A DNA stretch of 64,000 nucleotides from Octopus vulgaris (Eukaryota), in NCBI GenBank assembly GCA_951406725.2, contig OX597827.1:35154001-35218000 (forward strand), in the 5' to 3' direction. The notes under the pieces are model-generated. The model was not told the origin of the DNA, searched no databases, and worked only from the letters and a program-made list of their open reading frames with translations. The translations under genes and the position numbers were made by a program. Within the stretch, counting starts at the first letter, position 1. Every line of letters starts with the position of its first letter. This document shows positions 23,690 through 36,239 of this stretch, in pieces.

Positions 23690-24275
23690 TCTCTTATTAT
23701 AAAAGGCAGATTTTTCTGCCTCCCTTTGGGAGTTATACAAATCTACAATATAGGATTTCTTCAATTACAATTTACCTAGCAGTTTTAAGAGTACAATGCA
23801 TCGCGTCATGCCAGGTCCAGTTTTTAAAATTTAAACTCCAATTAAGCAAAATTTACAGAAAACTCACATTCTGGTGTGTGTGTCAAATGCTTTTCTTAGT
23901 CTGGTTTACACCACACGCAAACGCACACACACAGTGAGCAAGGAATAAAATGAAAGTAATTCACTTACTGTAGTGAGTGATTCTTTCACTCTGCCTCCCA
24001 CTTCCTCTCTACACACATAGAAAAAAAAATTATTTTTTTACATAAGTAATGAGAGCGAAAGAGACTAAGAGAAAGCGATTGTATGACGAGGGAAGTTCCT
24101 TTGAAGTTACCGTGCATGGGACTCATTGATGTACATGTGTGTGTGTGTGTGTTTGATGGAGTGTGGGAGACAGACAGTATGTTGTGTAAGTGAAGTGCTT
24201 CTGTTAGTGTGTGTGAAGAGACAGAGAGAGTAATGTGTGAAAGAGAGAGATAACTGAAATTTTTTACTCGGTTTA
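23690..24275 (+). mobile_element. Probable Helitron-type 5' fragment
   Basis: Starts TC in (TA)n (tctcttattataaaag), like the other Helitron 5' ends here; no own 3' end seen. Confidence 0.4.
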
Positions 24276-24344
24276 TGTGTATATGTATGTATGCATGTAT
24301 GTGTGTGTGTGTGTGTATGTATGTGTGTGTGTATGTATGTATTT

Positions 24345-25185
24345 ATATATAAAAGAAAGGTTGTGTGTCTGTCTACTCCGATTTAGATTCCTAACTACTC
24401 CCACATTTTGCGATGCAGTTTAACCAAAACCGGGTATCTTATAGTCGTGATTCATATCGAGCCCTTCTGGGTATTAGCGCGCGTCTACGATGAGTCTATG
24501 ATTTTACAAATAATTTACCATCATTTTTTTCCATTTTAATGCATATTTTTAAAAATAAACGGAAGTAACTCTCAAACTTCACACCAATATGCGTGCTCAT
24601 ATGCGACGTAATATCACATCACCAGCATTTCCTCACACTCTCCTTGCACTTGGCGAAGGCAAAATACCAGGGGATGAAAATGGTAATATTGCCATTGATT
24701 CCATTTGTACCATTGTTAAGACGCCTTCTGATCTCAGAGATGCAGTGTTCCCAGATTTACAAGCTAATTATCAGAATATGGATTGGATTGGCAAAAAGGC
24801 TATACTGGCCCCGAGGAATAAAACTGTTCACCATATTAATGATGAAATGCTAAAACTCATTCCTGGGGAAGTCGATGTATATCAGTCTATCGATACAACT
24901 CCTGACCCAGAGGACGTCATCAACTATCCAATAGAGGTACTCAATTCCTTTGAGCACCCCGGACTACGACCACACTTTCTCAAACTTAAAGTTAGTGCCC
25001 CTATAATGCTCATCAGAAATTTGGTTCCCCCAAAACAATGCAATGGCACACGTTTGGCGTTAAGTCCTTATCTCCCACCGTAAGCTTATTTCAATATTTG
25101 CCTGAATAATCATCATAATTCAGTGCAATCATTAACAGTACTTTCAAGCAATTCAGCCCCGAGCAACGCCGGGCAATTCTGCTAG
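24345..25185 (+). mobile_element. Helitron deletion derivative carrying a PIF1 helicase fragment
   Basis: 5' end matches 6060-6250; LHTNMR..LLALGEGK..KAILAPRN..YPIEVLNS..LKLKVSAPIMLIRNL..CNGTRL; 3' hairpin cccgagcaacgccggg + CTAG. Confidence 0.9.
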
Positions 25186-25237
25186 TATATATATATATAT
25201 ATAATCAAAATAAGCAACAAGAATAACTTCGGTAATT

Positions 25238-25321
25238 TTGTACGATCGTTTCACGCTACATCATTTTATTAAATATTGTAAGCGTTACAACAGTTTTAAA
25301 ATGTTGAGCAATCATCAGCCA
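25238..25321 (-). ncRNA. Hammerhead motif, CGATCG helix III
   Basis: tgg CTGATGA ttgctcaacatttta..taaaatgatgtagcgt GAAA cgatcg TA caa. Confidence 0.75.
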
Positions 25322-26429
25322 TTTATAGAGGTTTTCCATTAATACATAATTTTCATATTAATTGATAACATTATAGAGAAGGTAGATATATAGACAAAGA
25401 TGTTGATTTGAATTTTAAGAACATTAAGGTAGTAGAGTTTATCTTCCGACTCATGAATATTCATTAAGTTATTTTGAACTGCTCGAAGATTGGGAAGTAT
25501 AATCAATAGAAAGGTGACAAAAGAGATTTTCTATTTATAGAATTAGGGGTGAGATAAATGTCAGAAGTTCTTCATAAAGAAATTACAGTAGAGAGGGGGT
25601 TATAATGTCCTAGAAGCTCTTTACTATTATTTGGCAAACAGATTTTGGATTAAGAAAACTAGGTCAATGTCAGATGGTCACACTGACCACCTATATACCA
25701 AAAAGTTATAGAGAATACAGAGATCCCTTTATACTTATATACATCATATTTATACTTAGCTGGTAGATGTTGAATATTTTGATCCGTTGGATTAAAGGAG
25801 AAATTAAAGGAGAAAGAAAAGAAAGAAAGAAATTATAAATGTAATATTTATTCATTTTGGAGAAAAATCTATCTTTTATTATGAGTAGGCATAATACTCA
25901 ATAATTGAGGACAAAAGTCTTATTAATAAATTGAATATTTTAGGGATCAAATATATATATTAGAAAAATGGAAGAGGAGTAATCAAGATAAATAATTTTC
26001 TTAGGTTTAGTAGAAGGTGAATTTTTATGAAGAGAAGTAATCAAGAAGAGTAAATTACTCAGATTTAGTAGATAGTGAATTGTTATTAATGAATTAAATT
26101 ACAGAATCTGTTAGACGTAATATTTACTACCCGCGGAGAAAAGCTGATTAGTTAGGTAAAAATACCCTGGGTTAATGATATATTAAGAAATGGAAGTGAG
26201 GTAATCAAGATGAACTGAGTAGTTTCTTTAGGGACATAGAATTTATATTATTTAATATAGGAGATTATCAACAAAAAAAAAGAGAGAATTTAATTCTAAA
26301 TATGCAATGAAGTCTTTTAGTAATCTATGCATGCTGAATTAAAAGCTAGTATGGTATATTCATTCTTATTTAGTTATAAAGAATTAGAATTTGAAAAATT
26401 TAGGAATGGTCACAATATTATTATAATCT

Positions 26430-27225
26430 TAAACTGGATAGGGGACGTATGGCTCGTGGTCCTAACCTTGGATGAATTTTGAAGCTAATGCTGAGATCAT
26501 TTTGACAATGCTGGTGGTATATTCTCCACATCGTACAGATGATGTCGCGCTCACGGCGGCGCTGAGGAGAATAGAGTTTCAATGCTTAAGGTGGTCCCAA
26601 TAATCGAGATCAGTTATGCCCTTAACTTTTTTAGTGAATGATCTCTGGAGTGATTTAATTTTCGAAATGTTTGTTTTGTACAGGAAGACCTCAGGGGGCA
26701 GCAGTATTTGAAGTGTGGCCATTCAAAGGAATGACGACATCTTGTTCTCTGGACCAGAAGGTTCTTAGCTTCCAGGAGATCATCCTACGACCTAATTGTT
26801 GATGGGGGCACTCCAGCTGAGATTGTTGTCAACAATTACTCCTAGGTCTCTGATATTATTAGGTGCTGTGAGCGGTTCCCCTAAAGGAAGAGCATCAGTT
26901 CAAATTTAGATGCATTTTGGTTTTGTATGCCCATTGACTTACAGCATGTAGACCAGACTGGAGTTCAGTTCGGTCTTCTTCTCTGTTGATAATTTTCTGG
27001 AGTATGGAGTCGTCGGCGAATATTTTCACATTGATGTGTTTCATGACGCTTGAAATGTCGTTAATATAAACTATAAAGAGAAGCGAGTTCGTGACAGTCC
27101 CTTGAGAAACACCACTGGTGACTTTTGCTGGTATCTACCGATCCTAACATGTGCTCTGCTCTCCAGTAAATACTCAAACCAGTATAGTTGTTTTCCATAG
27201 ATTCCAACATTTGACAATTTTGACG
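26430..27225 (-). mobile_element. CR1-clade LINE RT fragment
   Basis: VTSGVSQGT, KIFADDSIL, RDLGVIVDNNLSW on the minus strand. Confidence 0.85.
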
Positions 27226-27928
27226 GTTGGATTTTCACGTTTTATTTACAATCTTATAATGATATATTATAAGATAATATAATATAATAAAATAAAATAA
27301 AATAATAGAATGTCAAATGTTCATTCTGATTGAACTAGTACTTTCATGCATTAAGTTCATGTAGTAGTGGTGACAGTCATGCTTCACAATTTTTGACTGT
27401 AGCGAGATGATTAAATATTTGCCTTAAATACAGCTGTGTAGGCTCCAGATTGCTAGGTTTTGCAAACTGTATCCTGACCAATCAGTGTGTAGTATCACTC
27501 AATTACTTAAGCTTATTGGTTGGTTGAGCTGATTGGTTTAGGCGTCACGCTTTGTTGAACATGTCAAGAGTCCTGTATCTTAACCCTGGCCGAGGCAGCA
27601 ATTGTTGAGCTATTTTTAGAAATGTTGTAAATAGCCTTTGCAGAGATTTTTATATTTTTATATTTCAATTGTCATTATCATCATTGTCAGCACCTGTTTA
27701 CGCCAACTCTGTAATGGGCTACTTAGAACAACAGCTCTACCAAGAGGTGGAGGTAAACACCCGTATATATATATATATACATGTATATATATATGTATAT
27801 ATATATACATATGTATACATATATATATATATACACACACACATATATGTATATATGCATGTTTATATATATACATATATATATAAATGTATATATACAT
27901 AATATAAATATATGTATATGTATACATA

Positions 27929-27976
<48 letters not shown>

Positions 27977-27977
<1 letters not shown>

Positions 27978-28337
27978 TAGCTTAAGGTGACCCGCTCTAC
28001 GCGCGGGTAAGAGTGTTGTTGTTACTTTCTGTTGCTTCCTTTCAGCACGTAAAAAGCACCATCCGAACGTGGCCGATTGCAGCGCCGCCTTGACTGGCTT
28101 CTGTGCCAGTGGCACGTAAAAAGCACCAACCGATCGTGGCCGCTGCCAGCCTCCCTGGCACCTGTGCCGGCGGCACGAAAAAAGCACCCAGTACACTCAC
28201 AGAGTGGTTGGCGTTAGGAAGGGCATCCACCTGTAGAAACACTGCCAGATCAAACTGGAGCCTGGTGCAGCCTCCTGGCTTCCCAGACCCCGGTCAAGCT
28301 GTCCAACCCGTGCTAGCACGGAAAACGGACGTTAAAC

Positions 28338-28368
<31 letters not shown>

Positions 28369-29195
28369 CTCCCTCTTTGTTTCTCTCTCCTTTCTCTCTC
28401 ACTTTCCCACTCTCTTACTTTTCTTTTCTCTCGGACTCTCCCTCGCTTTCTCTTACTCTCTATCTTTATCTCTCTCTCTCCCATTTATAAACAACAAAAG
28501 ATCTTGAGTAAGTTCAGACATAAAATATTTCGAAAGACCAATCATAAATATCAGGCAGTGGCAACGGAAAGGTCTGCTTCAAGGGAGACAGCAAAGCACT
28601 AACATTTAAAAGGGACAGACGAACTTGCGAGCTGAATAAAAATAATAAAATATTGGAAACCAAAGTTTGAAGGGATAGAATCTGAGGATAGTAGAGTCAC
28701 CATGGCTGGCATTTCTTAACGACGGACAGCAACGTATTGACAGTTTAACGGCTGGCGTAAAATTTTGAACTTGATGTAAAAGAAAATTCGTAAACACCAA
28801 GTTTTGAAGTGATTCTTTCTCACGACAGTAGACTCACCATAGCAAGCATTCAAAACTTCTTCATCATGGACGGCAACACATTGACGATTAAAAGGCTGGC
28901 GCAAATTTTTTAGCTTGATGTAACAGAGATTTCCTAAACACCCGCTCCTTTAAATTTTAATCCCCTTCCAGCCCCATTTAGACCCCTTTTCACATTTTGG
29001 TTAATATAACCCGATTTCATTCGGGTGTACTGGGGCCACGTTTTATAAGATGAGGAATTTTGTCCTAGAGGTCACGCCTTTCATTTGAGGAAAAAAATAG
29101 TTGTCATGCAAACTTGCCAGCACTTTTAACATAGGTGTGCATATTTTCAGCTCAACCGACCACATAATGCACACATTATATATATATATGTATAC

Positions 29196-29228
<33 letters not shown>

Positions 29229-29614
29229 CGCATTATATATACAAATGTATACAAATTATATATATATATATATGTATAAAGCCGTGACACGATGTTACAA
29301 AGAGAAAGGGAAGGTAAGGTAGTTAGACGCCGTTATCGACGTTATATATAGAAAGTGATGGGAAGGGAGGAAATAGAGTGAGTGAGGGAGGAAGACAGAT
29401 ACATAAAAGAACGTGAGTGGACTTGTCAAAGTGCGTTTTTGGCCCTTGCAACGACACCTTTTAAGATAGGGAATTCTAACGTAGCCCACTGGCATCCTCA
29501 CCTCATTTTACATGTCCCTGTAAATTTTGGAGTCAATCCGACGGGATCTAGTGGCCTTGAAAGCGGTCCAGACAAACAAACAAACTTTTCGCATTTCACT
29601 TTTATAAATAGAGA
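27977..29614 (-). mobile_element. Non-autonomous Helitron with nested retroposon tail (~28040-28365) and microsatellites
   Basis: Minus 3' end cccgcgcgtagagcggg hairpin + CTAG in (TA)n; 5' end TCtctatttataaaag..gtttgtttgtttgtc. Confidence 0.7.
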
Positions 29615-29779
29615 TAACAATTATTTGTGTGCGTATATCTACATGTCTGTATACATAGATACATAGTATATATATATATATATACATACATATGCACACA
29701 CACTCCCACACACATATATATATGCACCGCCCCTCCCCCACACACGTCGTAATGTTGAACGGGAATACAAACTGCATAA

Positions 29780-31085
29780 AACAGATATAAATAAGAAAAA
29801 GCGCAATGTATCATGCAACCTTCTCAAGAAGGTGATAAAAAGGGCAGTGCTTGAATTTGAGCAGCGCATAGTAAGGTGTTCTGACAATAAGGTGTTCTGG
29901 AAATATGTACATTCGATGCAGAGACCTCACTCTCCTGTTGGTTCTCTTCGTAATCTCCACACAAGCCAGATTACTGACGATCCCAAAGAATGCGCAGATA
30001 TCATTGTTTAATGCTATGCAGACATTTTTACTGTCGAAAACCAAAACGTATCATCTCCACCACTTCTGATACCAAATTCTATAACAACTCTGGAACTTAC
30101 ACCTGTACTGCTGCGACGTCATCTGAAGAATAAGCGCAACTATGCCTTTCCTGGTCTTGATCGTGTTACGTACCTACTTCTCAAGTATGGTGGGTACTTT
30201 CTTCTGCACCACCTTTCACTCTTCTTTCAGTGCTGTCTTAACAACGGTGCTACACCAGAGCAGTGGAAAACTGCTAGTGTCATTTCTCTGTCCAAAAATG
30301 GTGACCGCACCTCGCCTGTCAACTACGTCCAGTCAGTCTTACTTGTTGCATTGTCAAACTGATAGAATCCTGTGTCAGAGAAACACTCTGGAACTTCTGG
30401 AATTCTCACAATCTTATCCGGCCCTCGCATTTTTTATTTATCCCTAAGTCCAGCTGCTGTGATCAACTTATCGAATTTCTTGAAGACATCACCCGGGTCA
30501 CTGATGGTGGTTCATGGGTGGATGTTGTTTACCTTGATTCTGCTAAAACTTTTAATTCTGTGCCACACAAAAACTTATGGCAAAACTCTCTGCAATGGGT
30601 GTGAAGATGATCTTTTTAACTGGTTGTAGTTCTTCATTCTCAGCCGAAAACAGGTTGTCACAGTTCTAGGACAGCATTTTTCACCCTATGAGATGTCATC
30701 TGGTGTACCGCAGGGATCTGTTTTTGGTCCCTTTTTGTTTGCTGCATGCATTAATGACATCGATGCCAACTTAATGCCACAGTGCTGAAATATGCAGATG
30801 ACATCAAACTGTACCTTGAGATAATAAGGACAGATCCTGAACACTATAGATCTTTCTTGCAATCGGACCTGGAGAAATGCAATAATGGATCACGGACTGG
30901 CAACTCAAACTGGCTGTGGACAAGTGTACCACCGCGCATTTTGGGAGGAAAAACTCAACGTCCACACTCTCTCTACAACAATAATACCAAGAAATCTTCT
31001 TGGGAACGTGACCTGGGCATTAATGTCAGCAGCAATTTGCGCTGGACAAAACACATCTCTAAAATTGTCAAGAAGGTTGAGAGAA
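29780..31085 (+). mobile_element. CR1-clade LINE RT region, decayed
   Basis: DVVYLDSAKTFNSVPH, SGVPQGSVFGP, KYADDIKLY, ERDLGI..LRWTKHI. Confidence 0.88.
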
Positions 31086-31794
31086 TGAACACAGCTAACA
31101 ACCTAAACTTTAGCCACTGGACTACATAAAAACGACTCCTGTCCACTCTCCCACCAGACATTAAATTTGAAGTGCCTTGATTATAATTAAACATGTTCAC
31201 TCAACCGTGTCAGCCTCCTTTTTAGGCGCATAATATACTATTACGTGACATTAACGCATGAATGTAGCGGGAAACATATAAAAGGTTATAAACTCAATCA
31301 TGAATTCATTCTCTACAAACATTTGAAAGAAAACATTCAGAGTATTGATCGTTTGGACATGTTCAGTCAACCGACTCAACTTTAACTTACGACGCCAATC
31401 ATTACCACTTGATACTAACACAAGGACTTAGGGGGAACCTGCAACAATTTCTAAGACCCGTCATGTGACTATCCTCTACCAATAAAATCCTATTCAAAAC
31501 ATACTAATTTGAGCCATGAACACTGCAGAAAAAGGGCAAGCTTCAAACACTAGTAAGAAGCAAAACAGCTGAGACATAAGCCACGTATTCCTATTTGAAC
31601 TTTTTGAAAATCTGTGTAAACTGTGAAATCGGTAGGCGTTCCTGTGTAATAAAAAGTTTGCTTGCCAACCACATGGGTCTGGAATCAGTCTCACTACGTA
31701 GCAACCAACTTGGGTAATTGTTTTCTGCTATAACTTCCGGACAACCAAATCATTGTGAATGGATCTGATTGACAGAAACTGAAAGAAGTCCGCC

Positions 31795-31854
<60 letters not shown>

Positions 31855-31859
31855 GTTAT

Positions 31860-32800
31860 GAGAGGTAATGGTGTTCAGCATGTGTATATATTAAACTTTT
31901 TCTTTTTCAGAATGAGATAAAAAAAACCCAAGGCTGTGAAGATTTTAGAACATTTATAAATGGTCTTACAGCTATTTCCGGGATAATTTTTATATCCCTT
32001 CATCGGAGACGGTGTGAGAAAATAGTTAAGCAATAGTTAATTTAGATAAGATATGAAATAGAGAGTGAAGTGGAGGAATGAAAATAAATGTGAGACATGC
32101 ATTTGGATATTGCATTTGTAGATCCCTTATTTAGGCAGAATGGTATACGTATAAGATTCCAATACCCTGTGAGTAAATTCCAATAGTATTTAAAATTGGT
32201 CATTTCAAGTATAGAGTTTGTACACAGTACTATTGAATCGAGGGTTTATTTAAAGTGACCTAAAAGTAGGGACTGTATTTTTAAGGTCAAATCGAAAACA
32301 AGAAGAGAGGAATAAAGAAAAATGAAAAAAGAAAAGAAAAAAGAAAAGCAAGGAGAGAGATAATAAAGAGATGAAGAGAAGGACAGTGTACCAGTTAGTG
32401 GTCAGTCAAGATAAATTGATAGTAGGAATAGGAAGGTGAGGGTGATAGAGAGAGAAAGATATGAGAGTATAAAAAGATGATAAGGTAAAGAGTAAAGTAG
32501 TGTCAGATAGAAGGAACGGGGGTGATAGAGAGAAAGAGAGAGAGGTATAATAGTGTAAAAAGAAATGGAGTGTCAGGTATGTAGTGATAGAGTCAAAGTA
32601 GACGCTTCCTCGTTGACTTGGCAATTTGTGAATATGTTGAAAGGACATGGGTAATCAAAGTAATATTGATGTTATCGCTTTTCTTACATAGGGTAGAGAC
32701 ACCATGGCACCGAAATACAGGCAGAAAATCATCAATGAAACATTCCTACACCTAATATTAATAATATTACCAATTTACACATGTGGAGGTGGAGGTACAT
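31860..32800 (-). mobile_element. Penelope-like 3' remnant
   Basis: Hammerhead at 31963-32010; flanked by microsatellites; extent approximate. Confidence 0.55.
31963..32010 (-). ncRNA. Hammerhead motif, U4C core, (C/T)AGCTG helix III
   Basis: gtct CCGATGA agggata..tatcccg GAAA tagctg TA agac. Confidence 0.7.
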
Positions 32801-32864
32801 ATTTTATTTACTTTATCCTTTGGTGTGTGTATATGGGTGTGTGCTTGTATGGGGTGTCCAGCGA

Positions 32865-32921
<57 letters not shown>

Positions 32922-32923
<2 letters not shown>

Positions 32924-33705
32924 GAGGTCTGATCAATAAGTATCTGGACTGTTGCCATAGTAACAAAGCTAAAGCATGCAGAGTAAAGCTGCTTAGCACA
33001 GTTTGACCTTCAACTCTACTGTCCATGCACACTAAGTTTTAATGTTCAACTTCACTTCTCTTGTTTACAGCAGTGCTTGGAATTAACGTGTCTAACGTGT
33101 GATCATCGCATTGACCATGACGGAGAAAGTTGAGCAGAGAATCTGCATCAAATTTTGTCAAAAGCATGGTGATACCTGCTCAGAGGGTTACGCAAAGTTT
33201 TCAAAAAATTTTCATAGTTTTCGACACGATCAAGGGGATCTTGTGCAACTGAAGGCCGTGCATCTTTCTGGTCAGCTGAAAGCAGTTTTGACACAAACTT
33301 GGCAGGCACGCGTCTCATACCCAAATCTTCAGTGATAATGGACTGAACTGAACCGTAACTAATCTGCACATCCTCTGATAACTCCCGGGTGGTGAATCGA
33401 CGATTTCCATCGCAGTTGCATGTACATCTGAGATGTTTTTCTCAATTCTGTTGGTTACGAGTCTTCCAGAACATTTGTCACTACTGACATTTTTTCGGCC
33501 ATCATGGAAACGTCTGATCCACTCGTACATGCGTGTGTGACTAATACACTCCTCTTCAGACACTTTCTGTAACTTTGCGTAACCCTCTGAACAGGTATCA
33601 CCATGACAACTTTTTTCTGCCATGGTCAATGCGACGATCACACGTTACACACGTTACTTCCAAGTACTGCTGTAAACAAGAGGAGTGAGCTAGCACGTTA
33701 ACACT
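32922..33705. mobile_element. mariner 5' end duplicated in inverted orientation
   Basis: TIR cgaggtctgatcaataagtat; EQRICIKFCQKHGDTCSEGYAK on + and HGDTCSEGYAKLQKV..RVPAKFVSKLLSADQK on -. Confidence 0.85.
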
Positions 33706-33707
33706 TC

Positions 33708-34185
33708 TCATCTTATATGAGGAACACCGAATGCTTTTATGCAATACCTGCCTGATAAGAAACTCATGTCCCTGGCGATGGACCTCATTGACTTTGTGGT
33801 ATCGTTTTCAATCATGGCCTGGATCTTGCCAGCAAATTCAGGTGTTCTTTTCTTATCAGAACGATCAGAGTGAGTTTTCCGAACTGACATACCTTTGTAA
33901 TCACCATTAGACTCATCCAACTCTTTCCGAATCCTCTGCACTGTTCTCAGATTGACACCCAAACACTCTGAAATGTTCGTATTGGAGCTTCTGGCGCGAA
34001 TGCCAAGCAGTACATCATGTCGATTCCGAATTTCTGGCCGAGTGAATTGCGTCATGGGGTTGTTTTTCCCACAGAAGCTGCCCAACTGACCCTACTTTAT
34101 CGTGTAGTCGTCAAAATCAAAAACAGTGTGCATACATGAAGTTAAAAATATAGAATGGCGACAATTTACCCATCGCACCCAGATA
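33708..34185 (-). mobile_element. Tc1/mariner-superfamily 5' fragment (HTH)
   Basis: RHDVLLGIRA..ISECLGVNLRTVQRIRKEL..SMRSIARDM. Confidence 0.7.
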
Positions 34186-34301
34186 CGTATGTATGCATAT
34201 ACATGTGTATATTATGTCTGTATATATGTTTGTATATCTGTGTATATGTATGGGTGTGTATGTGTGTGTGCATAATTATATTATACACGCATGCACACAC
34301 A

Positions 34302-35532
34302 CAAGGGTCGGCTGAAAAGTTCACACATCGGCCAAGATAGTGTCATAGAATGTGACCATGTGAGATTTATCTTACCACATTGTCCTCCTTGTGACCCATG
34401 CACTTATTTCATTAGTGTTGCAGTGACTGGATCCCATTTGTTCAAGAAGCTTTCATCCTATTGGTAAAAAAGTCGAAACACCAGATATGGCATCAGCATA
34501 ATTGCGAAACTGGTTCCCAGAAAAGCATTTTCTTCTGTCGGAAAACTAGTCAAATGGGACCACATCAGAAAGCCACAATCACGCACTGCAGCCATTGAAA
34601 CGAAAACTGTGCATGCTGGAGATTGTCCTGGTGAAAAAAGACTCCTTTCATCAGTTTTCCTGGACGTTTGGTCTTGATTGCTTTTCGTAACTGCCTCAGC
34701 AAGTTGGTATAGTACTCTCCATTGATGATGTGGCCATTTGGAAGATAGTCAATAAACACAATGCCTTTTGCATTCCAAAACCTGAGGCCATCACCTTCCT
34801 TGTCTGTTAAACGGCCTTGGCCTTCTTTGGAGCAGATGAGGAGGAGTGTTTCCACTGCATGGATTGTCTCTTTGCCTCTGATTCAAAGTGATGAATCCAA
34901 CACTCATTCTAGATAAGTAACCGTTAAAAGAAACGAGTTGGATCTACCCCAAACAATGTCAGATTTTTCGTTGAAAAACCAGGTGCGCTTTTGGTCAGGT
35001 GCCAGAAGACAAAGCACCCACCGAGCAGGAGCCTTAGACAGGCCAAGTTCATTGCGCAGAACACTCTCAAATCTTTCACGGGATATGCTAATAGCATTTG
35101 CTATTGATTTATAGTCAATCGCCTGTCATCCATCAGCATATTCTGAACACGATCAATGTTTACTTCGGTGGTGGTGCTTATCTTCAACAGTCTCCCTTCC
35201 CCTCATAAATTCAGCTGCCCCCTATTGCACTGTTGATAAAGCTTGAGTATCATCACCTAATGTAGCAACCATGTCAGCATGAAATTCCTTGGGGGATAAA
35301 CCGTTTTACTTTTGCAGGTATTTGATAACAGGACGATGCTAAATTTTGTCCATTTTTAAGAGAGGTTGCTACTAGTTACAGTTGAAGTCTTCTTTGAACA
35401 GTCTGATGTCAGTTTACATGGGAAGAAACAATGTAGTTATTAATAAGGAGATTTGAAAAATTTATGCATGCAAAATCTCATGCTTTTAAGATTACTCCTT
35501 CATAGTCAGCTTCACTTTCAGCCAGCCTTCGT
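34302..35532 (-). mobile_element. mariner element with both TIRs, decayed
   Basis: TIRs caagggtcggctgaaaagt / actttcagccagccttcg; FWNAKGIVFIDYL..INGEYYTNLLRQLRKAIKTKRPG..FHQDN. Confidence 0.88.
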
Positions 35533-35642
35533 GTTTGTGTGCGTATACAAGCACACACACATACATACATACACACATACACACATACACACACATGCAC
35601 ATACACACACACACATATATAAAATGTTACATCTAATCTCAG

Positions 35643-35687
35643 CTGTTCGACAGCTTAAGGATGATCCCCCTGAAACATATTTCTGGC
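35643..35687 (+). CDS. Possible small exon of gene 2 (phase 1-1)
   Basis: ctaatctcag acceptor, C|gtaatt donor, 45 nt, VRQLKDDPPETYFW. Confidence 0.3.
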
Positions 35688-35916
35688 GTAATTAGCAGAA
35701 TGAATGGATCACAGGGAGAATTAATTATGCGGAATACAATATTACCTGATTTTCTTTCTATTTCTTTGAAATGTTTATACAAACTCTCTCTCCCCATCCC
35801 TCTTTCTCTCCCCCACTCTCTCTTTCTCTCTCCCCTCTCTCTTTCTCTCTATCTCTCACACAAAATAAATACGTGCAATTCATACCATACCTATGAGTTT
35901 ATATTTTTGTCTGCAG

Positions 35917-36021
35917 GATCTACTACAACTACTTTGAACACTGATCCTTTTGTCGACCGCGGCCAGCTTTTCAGTAATTTAAAGAAGGAGTCATTCATTA
36001 TACAATCTGTGGATATAATGA
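35917..36021 (+). CDS. Gene 2 exon A (phase 1-1)
   Basis: ttgtctgcag / A|gtaagt; STTTTLNTDPFVDRGQLFSNLKKESFIIQSVDIM. Confidence 0.7.
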
Positions 36022-36239
36022 GTAAGTAACCTTCGTTTTCTACTTTTATCGATATTCTTTATTAGTCTTTTAAAAAATTCCATCAATAAATTCCTTCATC
36101 GAGGTCGCATGTTTAACCATGACTCGTGATAGACACAGCTACATCTCCAGACGTGGAAGATCACATGATTTAACCATTAATCATAGCACATATATCTATA
36201 TCCCGAATCGAAAATTGAGCAGAGTGACTACATGAATTC

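Larger units (their letters stand above)
25200..27640 (-). mobile_element. Penelope-like element remnant interrupted by a CR1 fragment
   Basis: Terminus (aaataagcaacaag) shared with 57655 and 55790; hammerhead at 25238; inserted at (TA)n. Confidence 0.55.

Noticed and set aside
27330-27392. Hammerhead-like GAAA-GTAC-TA on the minus strand
   Set aside because: No credible CUGANGA half or stem I.
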